A stretch of 12,715 nt of DNA. Source: a virus (lineage: Monodnaviria; Loebvirae; Hofneiviricota; Faserviricetes; Tubulavirales; Inoviridae). Below are positions 1 to 7,530 of this stretch, piece by piece. Under the pieces are notes generated by a model. It saw nothing but the letters and a program-made list of their open reading frames with translations, was not told the origin of the DNA and did no database searches. Numbering within the stretch: the stretch's first letter is position 1; each line of letters begins with the position of its first letter. The stretch is from IMG/VR virus record IMGVR_UViG_2565956711_000001. One strand, given 5' to 3'. Both the position numbers and the translations under genes were made by a program.

Positions 1-297
1 TCACCATTCCTCACGCCTTGCCGGTGAATCAAACTCCTTTTCTACAAAATTTGCAGGGTTTGTATAAGTTGAAAGCGGTGCAGAACTGAGCGAAATCTCC
101 ACCCCTAAAATATTTAACACTTTGTATAGACGCTCAAAACTTGCTTTTGAAGGATTTGACTCAAGGCGAGCATAAGTCTGCTGGGTTATACCCAACATGG
201 CAGATAATTCTCTTTGAGTTAATCCTTTTGATTTACGAAAACCAATTAGAAGTGGACGTAACTGGCTAAGAAGTCTAACGGGAAAAATAGTATCCAT
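1..297 (-). CDS. XRE-family HTH protein, HipB-like antitoxin (98 aa); cognate HipA-like kinase expected immediately beyond the left window edge
   Basis: Complete ORF with ATG at 295-297 and stop at 1-3. The HTH core GLTQRELSAMLGITQQTYARLESNPSKASFERLYKVLNILGVEISL aligns by eye with E. coli HipB (GWTQSELAKKIGIKQATISNFENNPDNTTLTTFFKILQSLELSMTL). The disordered tail ends in EW, as HipB does. No obvious SD. Confidence 0.7.
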   Translation of the reverse strand: MDTIFPVRLLSQLRPLLIGFRKSKGLTQRELSAMLGITQQTYARLESNPSKASFERLYKVLNILGVEISLSSAPLSTYTNPANFVEKEFDSPARREEW

Positions 298-348
298 AAG
301 TAGGTGGCCATGTCGATTACTTCATAATAAATTCACTCCTCGTAAGAA

Positions 349-391
349 ACAGCCTGTAAGGTGTCTTATTACTTTACAGCTTACAAGGTGT
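349..391. promoter_or_regulatory. Imperfect direct repeat pair upstream of the HipB-like gene (candidate operator)
   Basis: ACAGCCTGTAAGGTGT (349-364) and ACAGCTTACAAGGTGT (376-391) match at 13/16 positions, 27 bp apart. The second copy contains the small palindrome CTTAC-N5-GTAAG. They lie 50-95 bp upstream of the ATG at 297. Confidence 0.3.
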
Positions 392-413
392 AAGGGTGAA
401 CTCGTTGTATTAA

Positions 414-608
414 CTAATACTGCTCAAATTTTAAAGGTTGCATCTCGCGCTGGCTGGGATTATATTTATTAAGGACTAGCATATAGTGGTGTACGCTGTT
501 ATCCTCTTTGTAATGAGGCTTATCAGTGTGTGAAGGGAGAGGGCGGACTCTGCTTTGCCCTCTCTCTTTCATGGACTTATTTAACTTTAAATGTTTTTTA
601 AAAGTCAT
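414..608 (-). CDS. Hypothetical small basic protein (64 aa), possibly translationally coupled to the upstream gene
   Basis: Its ATG overlaps the stop of the 605-1165 ORF in an ATGA arrangement. The sequence is K/R/H-rich with no recognisable motif, and such an ORF could arise by chance in AT-rich DNA. Confidence 0.3.
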   Translation of the reverse strand: MTFKKHLKLNKSMKERGQSRVRPLPSHTDKPHYKEDNSVHHYMLVLNKYNPSQREMQPLKFEQY

Positions 609-1165
609 TGCCTTATTGCAATGGTTTTATTAAAAATCCCAATCAATGTGTTTATTTTTTCATTTATCTTAATTTGCTTTTTCTCTTGCTCGAGAGAAAG
701 TTTTCTGAATTCATTTTCCCTGCTCGGCACGGCAATTATCAACTCTTCATAAATCTCCTTTGCTCCTGATACTTTTTCCAACTCGCTGCTGTATTTTTCG
801 ATAAGAGTTCTTATTTGAATATTTACATTTCTGTATTCATGACTGGTAGCACTTAAAACAAGTTGACTGGAATTTTTTTTGGGTGCCTCAATTAACTCTA
901 CGCTTTTCTTTACGACATTGAATTCAGATGTGACTGAGTATACATATTGATACGCGCCTGATTTTCTGACTTTACTCAATAATCCTTTTCTAACTAAACA
1001 CTGAATTTGGTTATAAGCAAAAGCTTTTGCCTTAAAATAACTTTTCGGAAGTGAAAATCGCTCGATAAGAATTTGAGCCACATCGTTACTGGTGAAGTTA
1101 TCTTTAGCAATATAGATTATTGCGGAAAATATGTACGACTCAGCGTTGGATACTCGACTATTCAT
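605..1165 (-). CDS. Hypothetical protein (186 aa): predicted N-terminal winged-helix DNA-binding domain plus C-terminal coiled coil
   Basis: The ORF is clearly AT-rich by eye. NQIQCLVRKGLLSKVRKSGAYQYVYSVT resembles a recognition helix followed by a beta-hairpin wing. The C-terminal half is heptad-like and E/K-rich (EKYSSELEKVSGAKEIYEEL...LSLEQEKKQIKINEKINTL). I cannot name a family. Confidence 0.65.
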   Translation of the reverse strand: MNSRVSNAESYIFSAIIYIAKDNFTSNDVAQILIERFSLPKSYFKAKAFAYNQIQCLVRKGLLSKVRKSGAYQYVYSVTSEFNVVKKSVELIEAPKKNSSQLVLSATSHEYRNVNIQIRTLIEKYSSELEKVSGAKEIYEELIIAVPSRENEFRKLSLEQEKKQIKINEKINTLIGIFNKTIAIRQ

Positions 1166-1186
1166 ATGACTAAAACAAGGCAGTTA

Positions 1187-1237
1187 ACTTAGGATTGCTA
1201 AGTATACAACAATGGCAGATACTTAGACAATCTAAGC
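1187..1237. promoter_or_regulatory. Twin palindromic operator-like sites in the divergent intergenic region
   Basis: ACTTAG-gattg-CTAAGT at 1187-1203 is a perfect 6+5+6 palindrome. ACTTAG-acaat-CTAAGc at 1221-1237 repeats it. Centres are 34 bp apart, between the divergently transcribed 605-1165 (-) and 1263-1595 (+) genes. Confidence 0.45.
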
Positions 1238-1262
1238 ATTCGAGGCCAATGAAGATGAATCA

Positions 1263-1595
1263 GTGTCTGAAAAAAATCCGATACCAGAAAGACTTAAGGA
1301 AGCGAGAAGCAGGGCGGGTTTATCACAGCGCTCATTGGGCCTCCTTGTTGGGTTTGATCCCGCTTCGGCTAGCAGTCGTATGAATCATTATGAGAAAGGG
1401 CGCCATGTCCCCGATATTGATACGCTTCGACGGATGGCGGCAGAGTTAAACGTGCCGTTGAACTACTTTTTTTGTGATGATCAGACCACAGCTGAACTTG
1501 CATTACTCATATCCCGGATGACAGAGGAAGAGCGAAGTAATCTTATCGAAGCACTCAAAAGGCATCCAGGCGAAAAGCATGCTGACAAAAAATGA
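1263..1595 (+). CDS. XRE-family helix-turn-helix transcriptional regulator (110 aa)
   Basis: GTG start at 1263. An in-frame stop at 1233-1235 excludes upstream starts, and later ATGs would truncate the HTH. The motif RLKEARSRAGLSQRSLGLLVGFDPASASSRMNHYEKGRHVPDIDTLRRMAAELNVPLNYFF is a typical Cro/C1-type HTH. This is the only convincing plus-strand gene in the window. Confidence 0.8.
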   Translation: MSEKNPIPERLKEARSRAGLSQRSLGLLVGFDPASASSRMNHYEKGRHVPDIDTLRRMAAELNVPLNYFFCDDQTTAELALLISRMTEEERSNLIEALKRHPGEKHADKK

Positions 1596-1756
1596 TATTA
1601 CATATAAAGCGACTGAACTTTTTGAAGGTAACGAAAGTGTAGCATTACACTGATGCAATGAACCAAGCAGGACATTACAGTGGGAGACGCCCTCTCAGAT
1701 AACAAACTCAAAAGAGGGAGCCATAAATATATGTTTATCAATACAACCAGCATTCT

Positions 1757-1780
1757 GCCGACAACCGGGAAGCTGTCGGC
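1757..1780. terminator. Weak hairpin between the convergent HTH and ginD-like genes
   Basis: GCCGACA (1757-1763) and TGTCGGC (1774-1780) form a 7-bp stem with a 10-nt loop. No clear U-tract follows on either strand. Confidence 0.2.
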
Positions 1781-1799
1781 TAAATCTTCCATGTCAGAA

Positions 1800-2237
1800 T
1801 TATGACGACTTATGTAGTTCCCGAATCATATGGTTGGCCAACAGGCTTTCCACCGGTATAACCGAATTGATTTTTACCGCTTTGACAATTTCTATCAACG
1901 AAAGGGTATTTTGCGCTAATTGGTCTCGCAATTCACTTACTTCAGCCTGCAACTGCTGGTTTCTGGCCAGTAAAGCCTGACGGGTTTTGCGGTTGACGTA
2001 TTGCTGTTTTTCTTTTGGGCGTAGATTCAATGGGCCAAGTTGCTGGTCAACATAGGCAGCAATTAGGCGTTTACGCTCTAGGCTGCTCAGCGTACTTAAA
2101 CCACCGTTAACGATACCTTTTGCCTTGAGCCTAATATGCAGGGCCTTGGCGGAAATAGGGGACTTGTCAAAGCCTTCAACCAGCATCAGTTGTAATTCGT
2201 GCTCAATCAGTGTGTTCAGTTCCTTGCCGCGCATCAA
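1800..2237 (-). CDS. Small coiled-coil accessory protein, GinD-like (145 aa), fourth gene of the recombinase operon
   Basis: The track start is TTG at 2235-2237. An ATG at 2232-2234 shares one base with the ginC-like TGA stop (TGATG), and GGAG lies 8 nt upstream of it. The C-terminal half is coiled-coil-like (RKTRQALLARNQQLQAEVSELRDQLAQNTLSLIEIV). Position and size match the small fourth gene of GInt gin operons. Confidence 0.75.
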   Translation of the reverse strand: MMRGKELNTLIEHELQLMLVEGFDKSPISAKALHIRLKAKGIVNGGLSTLSSLERKRLIAAYVDQQLGPLNLRPKEKQQYVNRKTRQALLARNQQLQAEVSELRDQLAQNTLSLIEIVKAVKINSVIPVESLLANHMIRELHKSS

Positions 2238-4600
2238 TCATTCTCCTGCATCAATTGTTGGTATTCAAGTGCAAAAAGCTGGGCCAGTGTACGGACTTTG
2301 CCCTCGGTGATTACTCCACCAGACAACACACTCTCAGCAGCAACCAGTTGTTGAGTCTTGGCACGACGATGCCATTGTGCTTGTATTGCCTCGAGTTGCT
2401 GTAACCGTCGTTCGATGTCGGCCAGTCTGGTCTGGTAATCAGGCTGATGTTGAGTAAGTTGGGTCAACTTCGAATGTGCTTGCTGTAAAGCCTGTTTTTT
2501 GGCAATCAGATTTGGTAGCTCATCTATCCGGCCTGTCAGCGTGAAATGTTCACAAAAGGCAGCACTCTGGCATTTCAGTCGATAAGGACATCCCCAGAGG
2601 TTAACTTCCCGCATACAGGAGCCAAATTTCAGCGGATACAGCACGGCATGTCTTGCCACCATGTCAGAGGCTTGCTCTGGTCCTTCTGCGTCGCGGATTT
2701 CTTCAAAGGCGGCAGCAACATCTTCAAAGAGGCCGTTAGCAAATGACGCCTCGACAAACCTGGCTACATCATCCCGATCGTCAAAAGTATGCAGGTTGGC
2801 TTTGATGGTATTGTCCAAAGTCATGTGTTCCGTGACCGCCAGTTGGCCGGTCCGTTTGACGATATCCAGTGGCGTAGCAATGGAGGACGAAGAGGGCGAG
2901 ACAGTTAGTGCTGTCGAAATCGGCTGCAAGGGCACCAACGAGGCGGCTTTTCGCCGTTCTGCAAGCGCCAGATGTTGATAATGCTGATTCTGCGTGATGT
3001 CCACTCGACCCATCAACATTGCCTGTAAGTGGTCAGAGATATCCGCAATAGCAAGAAAGGTATTGATGTTGTGCCGGGGAATGTGGGTACGCATCCGCGT
3101 CGAGGTGCCATCCTCCTCCAGTAATTGATATTTGCTGAATACTGATCCATCAGGCTCAACGTTGCCTAAGAATTTATTCATAAGTGTGTTAGTGAAGGGT
3201 ATCGGTGTAGCCAGCAAAGCCAGTGTGCGCTTTAATGCCAGCGAACCCTTCTCGTGTAGAAATAGCAGATCCTCGTAGTTAACTTGGTAGCGTTTGCCAT
3301 TTTCCATCCAGGCGTGTGTACAGGGTTCGTTGGCATTCGCCAGACCAAATTCGGTCTTAATGTAATGATTGAGAGCAGTCTTGGAATAATAGATAGATTT
3401 GCTGTTTTTCGGGCCTGGTATTTCTTGAACGGGCAGCACACCTCTTTTGCTAAGGGCTTTGGATGTTTTGTCCCGTTGTCCTGCCCGGCCCCGAAAACTT
3501 GAGGTAGTTTGGGTGATGTACTTCACCACATCGTCCAGTTCGACTCGTTCACCGGGCATGTTGCTGATGGCCTGTGGCAGGTAATCAGCAAAAGATTTTG
3601 CCCGTAGATAGGTAAGATGGCTGCGTATTGGTGCGGTCAACATTTTAACGGTACTGAATATACTCTCGACCAGCGGTACTGCCAGCGGTTCTACCCAATG
3701 CGTTCGCTCCCCAGCACCTTTGACACCAACATAACGGATACCAAGAAAATAATCGGGTAATCCCTTGTCCTGAAATCGTTTGCAGATTGCCGGATCATCA
3801 ATCTGGCGTTTAAACAGGGCATCCTGTCTGAGATTAAACGCTTCAATGGAGCGAAAGCCGGTAATAACCAATAACAACAGGCAATTTAACGCGATTTTCT
3901 CAGCATCACTTTCCACCCGCTGGATTAATGCAACTATGTTCAGAAATCCGCGAATGGTAATCAACGCATCTTCACCATCGGTAGTGGTATCAGACAGCTT
4001 GGCCTGCTGTTTCAGCGCCATGGTTTCCCGGGCTTTGCGGGTCAAGTTGGTTTTGTTGGTATACTTCACATCAGAGTTGTATTGCAGTTTAACCAACGTA
4101 AATGTGAAGTGATTGACCAATTTTTGAAGGCTAACGCACCGCCCTTTATAGTTAGCTGTATTGGGGTCACTAGGAGATGAAACGCTACTGAGAAGATCCA
4201 TCGCTCGTTGAATGACAACTGTGCTCAGGTAAGATGGATGGGTCTGTCCTGTCTCATAAAGCATCGCATGGTACCATCGTTTCAGAATCATCAAAGTTGC
4301 CTTTGCCACCGCTGGCGACATACTCCTATTTCCCTGTCGGTAAACCACTACCAGCATAGCTTTCATGAACTGACTATATTCTTTGTCGATGGGCAGATGT
4401 TCTACAATACCTTTGAATCTGTTCATCTCATCAAAACGTAATGTATTTCTGCCGTTCCCTCGCAACCATCCACTTCCCTGGTTACCACTTACCCAGATAT
4501 GATCATTCCATGTTTGGGCAAAATCAGCAGACAGGTGCTGTTCGAACCATTTTTTTTGCTCTTCAATAAAAGCCTGAAAATGCTCAAAGTGATTTTTCAT
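2234..4600 (-). CDS. Large tyrosine recombinase/integrase, GinC-like (788 aa)
   Basis: ATG at 4598-4600 with AGGTGA 7 nt upstream; it overlaps the upstream gene by 17 nt. Catalytic signature: TGFRSIEAFNL (Arg-I), HIPRHNINTF (H-x-x-R-H), LMGRVDITQNQHYQHL (Tyr nucleophile). The C-terminus carries a 4-Cys cluster followed by a Q-rich coiled coil. Confidence 0.9.
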   Translation of the reverse strand: MKNHFEHFQAFIEEQKKWFEQHLSADFAQTWNDHIWVSGNQGSGWLRGNGRNTLRFDEMNRFKGIVEHLPIDKEYSQFMKAMLVVVYRQGNRSMSPAVAKATLMILKRWYHAMLYETGQTHPSYLSTVVIQRAMDLLSSVSSPSDPNTANYKGRCVSLQKLVNHFTFTLVKLQYNSDVKYTNKTNLTRKARETMALKQQAKLSDTTTDGEDALITIRGFLNIVALIQRVESDAEKIALNCLLLLVITGFRSIEAFNLRQDALFKRQIDDPAICKRFQDKGLPDYFLGIRYVGVKGAGERTHWVEPLAVPLVESIFSTVKMLTAPIRSHLTYLRAKSFADYLPQAISNMPGERVELDDVVKYITQTTSSFRGRAGQRDKTSKALSKRGVLPVQEIPGPKNSKSIYYSKTALNHYIKTEFGLANANEPCTHAWMENGKRYQVNYEDLLFLHEKGSLALKRTLALLATPIPFTNTLMNKFLGNVEPDGSVFSKYQLLEEDGTSTRMRTHIPRHNINTFLAIADISDHLQAMLMGRVDITQNQHYQHLALAERRKAASLVPLQPISTALTVSPSSSSIATPLDIVKRTGQLAVTEHMTLDNTIKANLHTFDDRDDVARFVEASFANGLFEDVAAAFEEIRDAEGPEQASDMVARHAVLYPLKFGSCMREVNLWGCPYRLKCQSAAFCEHFTLTGRIDELPNLIAKKQALQQAHSKLTQLTQHQPDYQTRLADIERRLQQLEAIQAQWHRRAKTQQLVAAESVLSGGVITEGKVRTLAQLFALEYQQLMQEND

Positions 4601-6149
4601 TGGACTTCACCTGTTCCTGATGAAAACGGCAGCGGGCGATAACAGACTCAATTTCAAACTGTGTGGTTTCATGGATTAAAATGAGCGGATTTCGGGAATT
4701 ACCTACACCGTCTGAAATAGCGATTAGTTCATCGACTTCTTTTTTGACGCATTCAAGTAGAGCCTGATGTTCACCATCCGTAAAAGGGCGATAATACAGA
4801 CAGCCGTAACAAGAACGCACTTCGCTGAAAGGGCATGTACTACTGTTCCTGGAGCAACCACCAATTTTATCATGCAACTCGTCACCAACGAGTCCCACCA
4901 CTGGATGGCCTTTCCAATGTGCTGAGTCGACCAGTTCCCCAGTGAGCATCATAGCCACCATATTTTGCCAAACGGGATTCGACCCAAGCGCTTTAGCACG
5001 GATCAAGGCCAACGCGGGAGTTGCCATAATGTAGTATTTAGCTACGGCAAGAGAGGTGTGCCCCAGTACATGTGCTATCTCTTCAGCGCTAGCACCTTGC
5101 ATCGCCAAAGAGTGCCCAACATTGTGGCGTAAATCAGTGGGTGTAATTGTGGGCAATGCAGCTTCGCCACATGCTACGGCGGCTTGATATTCAGGAGGAC
5201 AGAAATTTAGGATTGCCTGATTAATTGCCTGAGACACATAATGCGGAGCTGAAACGCTGAAATCGAATAGTTTATCTTCGGGGTTTTTCTTATATCTCAC
5301 GGTATAGTTCATAATTAACTCCCCAATTTCTGGGGGGATCGCCAGAAATAACCGCTCTGTCGTCACTCGTCTTTGTTTAGCATATGGTAAAAAAACACTG
5401 TATCGAATCAGACCAGATTCCTGATTTCGTGTATCGATACGAACATCTTTGACCGCCAGCCTAGCGAGTTGTACTGGGCGTGCACCCGTTACATAAGCCA
5501 ACCCAAGGATAGCTGCATTGCGCACTTCGCTGTGACTGAAACTTTTGCCATCGCGTAACAACGAAGCCATTTCAAACAGTCCATTGCAAATCATGTTTTT
5601 TTCAAGAGGGTCAAGAATATTATCGATTTCTTGGTAACCCCCCCAATGTTCGAGATACGGTCGAGGGACGAACTCAAGATCATCGTAATCTTCAAGATTG
5701 AAACCTGGGAATGTTTCAGCACAAAGTATTTTTAATCCGAATAACACGGAATAAAAAGTAGCATTATCAATATCCTCTTTTTCGATAAATAATCGGAGCG
5801 TACTAAGCGAAAACCCACCATGTTCTCGACAATATGAAATGATATTCCTCCAATCAAGGTGCAACGCTGGAAGTTTGGTTGGAAATCTCGTCGATGCATA
5901 TTTGAAACAGATATACTTGTTTAATTTATTTGAGATATAATCTTGATTGAAAACAAGATATCGCCGACTGCCTGAATAATCGAAAGTCCATTTATTTCCT
6001 TTGTTAACAATATATTTATCATCAAACTCCATTGCCGTTTTTAGATAAATTCGATCAGGAATATCGAGTTCAAAGATAGCCTTAGCTAAATCAGGAGGGT
6101 AAACTGAGTTCCCTTCGTCAGATTTTAATGCATTATCAAATGATGTCAT
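4584..6149 (-). CDS. Tyrosine recombinase/integrase, GinB-like (521 aa)
   Basis: ATG at 6147-6149 overlaps the upstream gene by 14 nt. Catalytic signature: TGARPVQLARL (Arg-I), DLRHNVGHSL (R-H box), LGHTSLAVAKYY (His-II and Tyr). A C-terminal 4-Cys cluster is present. Confidence 0.9.
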   Translation of the reverse strand: MTSFDNALKSDEGNSVYPPDLAKAIFELDIPDRIYLKTAMEFDDKYIVNKGNKWTFDYSGSRRYLVFNQDYISNKLNKYICFKYASTRFPTKLPALHLDWRNIISYCREHGGFSLSTLRLFIEKEDIDNATFYSVLFGLKILCAETFPGFNLEDYDDLEFVPRPYLEHWGGYQEIDNILDPLEKNMICNGLFEMASLLRDGKSFSHSEVRNAAILGLAYVTGARPVQLARLAVKDVRIDTRNQESGLIRYSVFLPYAKQRRVTTERLFLAIPPEIGELIMNYTVRYKKNPEDKLFDFSVSAPHYVSQAINQAILNFCPPEYQAAVACGEAALPTITPTDLRHNVGHSLAMQGASAEEIAHVLGHTSLAVAKYYIMATPALALIRAKALGSNPVWQNMVAMMLTGELVDSAHWKGHPVVGLVGDELHDKIGGCSRNSSTCPFSEVRSCYGCLYYRPFTDGEHQALLECVKKEVDELIAISDGVGNSRNPLILIHETTQFEIESVIARCRFHQEQVKSNEKSL

Positions 6150-7530
6150 CGTTATATCTATCCATTATAGTATCTAACGTATTATGTAGCGCTGCATTGT
6201 CTTGAATAATTCGTTGGACATTGGCAGCATTAGCCTGCTCAGACAGGAAACGTTTTGCATATAGATCAGGCATTTGACTTGTCGGACTCCATCCCCCCAT
6301 CAGTCGTAGTTCATCTTTAGCTTCTTCCATTATCCCTGAGAGGGAAGGGACTTCAGCAATAAAGTGTGTTTTATTTTGCTGGCTTTTCAAATATTTTAAA
6401 TGCCATATTTTTTGCAATGTCAAAAAGGCCCAAGTATGTCGGGTTGTATGCGGAGTCAATCGTTGCAACGAGTCAGAGTACAACGGTGATTTGTACTCTG
6501 GATATTGGTTAGTGAAGACCTGATCTATTTTCGAAAAAATAGAATGAACTGATGTGTAGGACAAAGGCTTCGCTGACTGTTGACTCGATGTAAAGATGAA
6601 ATCGTGTTTATCAGTTTTTGGTCGAAGCTTTGCTATATAAATGCTTAAAAAAATATAATCCTGCTTATCGAGCTCCAACACACGATTAGCCCATGCATTT
6701 TTGAGAGATGGCGCATTCTTTCTTGGTTCGTATGCCTCGTCGACAGTTGTCACAATCAAACTAAACTTATCACCTTTTAAATTAGGTTTAATTGAGCTGC
6801 ACTCTAACAACAATAGCTCACCTGTTCGTAAACCATAATTTAACAACAGACGAATAATCAAAAAATTGCGGAACTGAAGATGCCCGGAAGGGAAAGGATT
6901 TAGCGGGTTATGCTTTTGGGCAGAAGAGGGGGTTATTATTCCATACAGGCTGAGCACCATTGCCCCAGACAAACTCTGAAATCCTTGGCTGCTGTGACTA
7001 TGTTGCGAAAATTTGTTTGATGTAAGCGTTCGATAATTCTCCCGGCAAAGCTGTAAACGGGTGTGTAAACGCGAAGCCAAAAGTGATAATGCTTTGGGAG
7101 AGTCATCCCGGTATGCAGGTGATATGTAGGTGTTAATCAAAAAAGAAATGAAATGGATCACAGCACGAACTCTAACTGTATGAGTTAAGCTATTGGCTTT
7201 TGTGACTCTCGTTAAAGACAACACATTTGACTGGACGTTGTGGCCATTTTCTAGATACATCCAAAATGCGGGCATTTCACCGACAGCAATGTCTGGATTG
7301 TGGTCAGATGAATAGAAGCTGTAGCAAAACGAGACACCATACTTTTGCCTCCAGAATTCGTAAAAAAACTTCACAGATTGAAGTGAAGCTGACTGTGTGG
7401 ACAATGAGCGGAAAGCCAAATGGTCAATATGGTACCTAAGGGGATACAGCAACGGCAGAGAGGTTTCCAAGTCCATCAGGATCCATCGCCTTTTACGGCC
7501 TGAGATAACCAACTGCTTTAGTGAATACAC
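6136..7530 (-). CDS. Tyrosine recombinase/integrase, GinA-like (464 aa), first gene of the operon
   Basis: GTG start at 7528-7530 with GAGG 8 nt upstream; an alternative ATG lies at 7474-7476. Catalytic signature: YGLRTGELLLL (Arg-I), HTTRHTWAFL (H-x-x-R-H), GGWSPTSQMPDLYAKR (Trp in the His-II position, then Tyr). Confidence 0.9.
   Translation of the reverse strand: MYSLKQLVISGRKRRWILMDLETSLPLLYPLRYHIDHLAFRSLSTQSASLQSVKFFYEFWRQKYGVSFCYSFYSSDHNPDIAVGEMPAFWMYLENGHNVQSNVLSLTRVTKANSLTHTVRVRAVIHFISFLINTYISPAYRDDSPKALSLLASRLHTRLQLCRENYRTLTSNKFSQHSHSSQGFQSLSGAMVLSLYGIITPSSAQKHNPLNPFPSGHLQFRNFLIIRLLLNYGLRTGELLLLECSSIKPNLKGDKFSLIVTTVDEAYEPRKNAPSLKNAWANRVLELDKQDYIFLSIYIAKLRPKTDKHDFIFTSSQQSAKPLSYTSVHSIFSKIDQVFTNQYPEYKSPLYSDSLQRLTPHTTRHTWAFLTLQKIWHLKYLKSQQNKTHFIAEVPSLSGIMEEAKDELRLMGGWSPTSQMPDLYAKRFLSEQANAANVQRIIQDNAALHNTLDTIMDRYNDDII

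Noticed and set aside
1-297. That this is the native chromosomal hipB which lies near dif in E. coli K-12
   Set aside because: The sequence differs substantially from K-12 HipB as I remember it. The orientation relative to dif is also opposite (here hipB, not hipA, is dif-proximal and transcription runs away from dif). It sits on the cargo side of the gin operon.
322-345. Strong AGGAG followed 10 nt later by a two-codon mini-ORF (ATG AAG TAA) upstream of the HipB-like gene on the minus strand
   Set aside because: Too short to evaluate and the spacing is long for an SD. It could be a coincidence in AT-rich leader DNA. No evidence of a leader-peptide mechanism.
1195-1383. Plus-strand 62-aa ORF overlapping the XRE regulator in another frame
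   Set aside because: It would start inside the operator region and overlaps the frame that encodes a clear HTH motif. Its sequence is arginine/lysine-rich noise.
1598-1792. Minus-strand 64-aa ORF in the gap between the XRE gene and the ginD-like gene
   Set aside because: It lies downstream of the operon stop with no coupling or SD and has an odd hydrophobic/Cys/His composition. More likely a non-coding spacer containing small hairpins.
2125-4441. Plus-strand ORFs (2125-2310, 2210-2404, 2546-2746, 2661-2978, 3284-3502, 3780-4112, 4208-4441) and the minus-strand out-of-frame ORF 3232-3441
   Set aside because: All are embedded in the 788-aa recombinase gene or the ginD-like gene, whose reading frames carry recognisable catalytic motifs. 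They have no motifs of their own and low-complexity, S/R/C-rich compositions typical of shadow ORFs.
7227-7439. Plus-strand 70-aa ORF inside the ginA-like gene
   Set aside because: Antisense shadow ORF within a well-supported recombinase frame, with no RBS or motif.
1800-7530. Alternative readings of the recombinase cluster as a RIT (recombinase-in-trio) element or a Tn554-family transposon
   Set aside because: As I recall, RIT recombinases are much smaller and lack a coupled fourth small gene. Tn554 has two recombinases plus TnpC. Three large recombinases plus a small coiled-coil protein fits the GInt layout better. A homology search is still needed to settle this.
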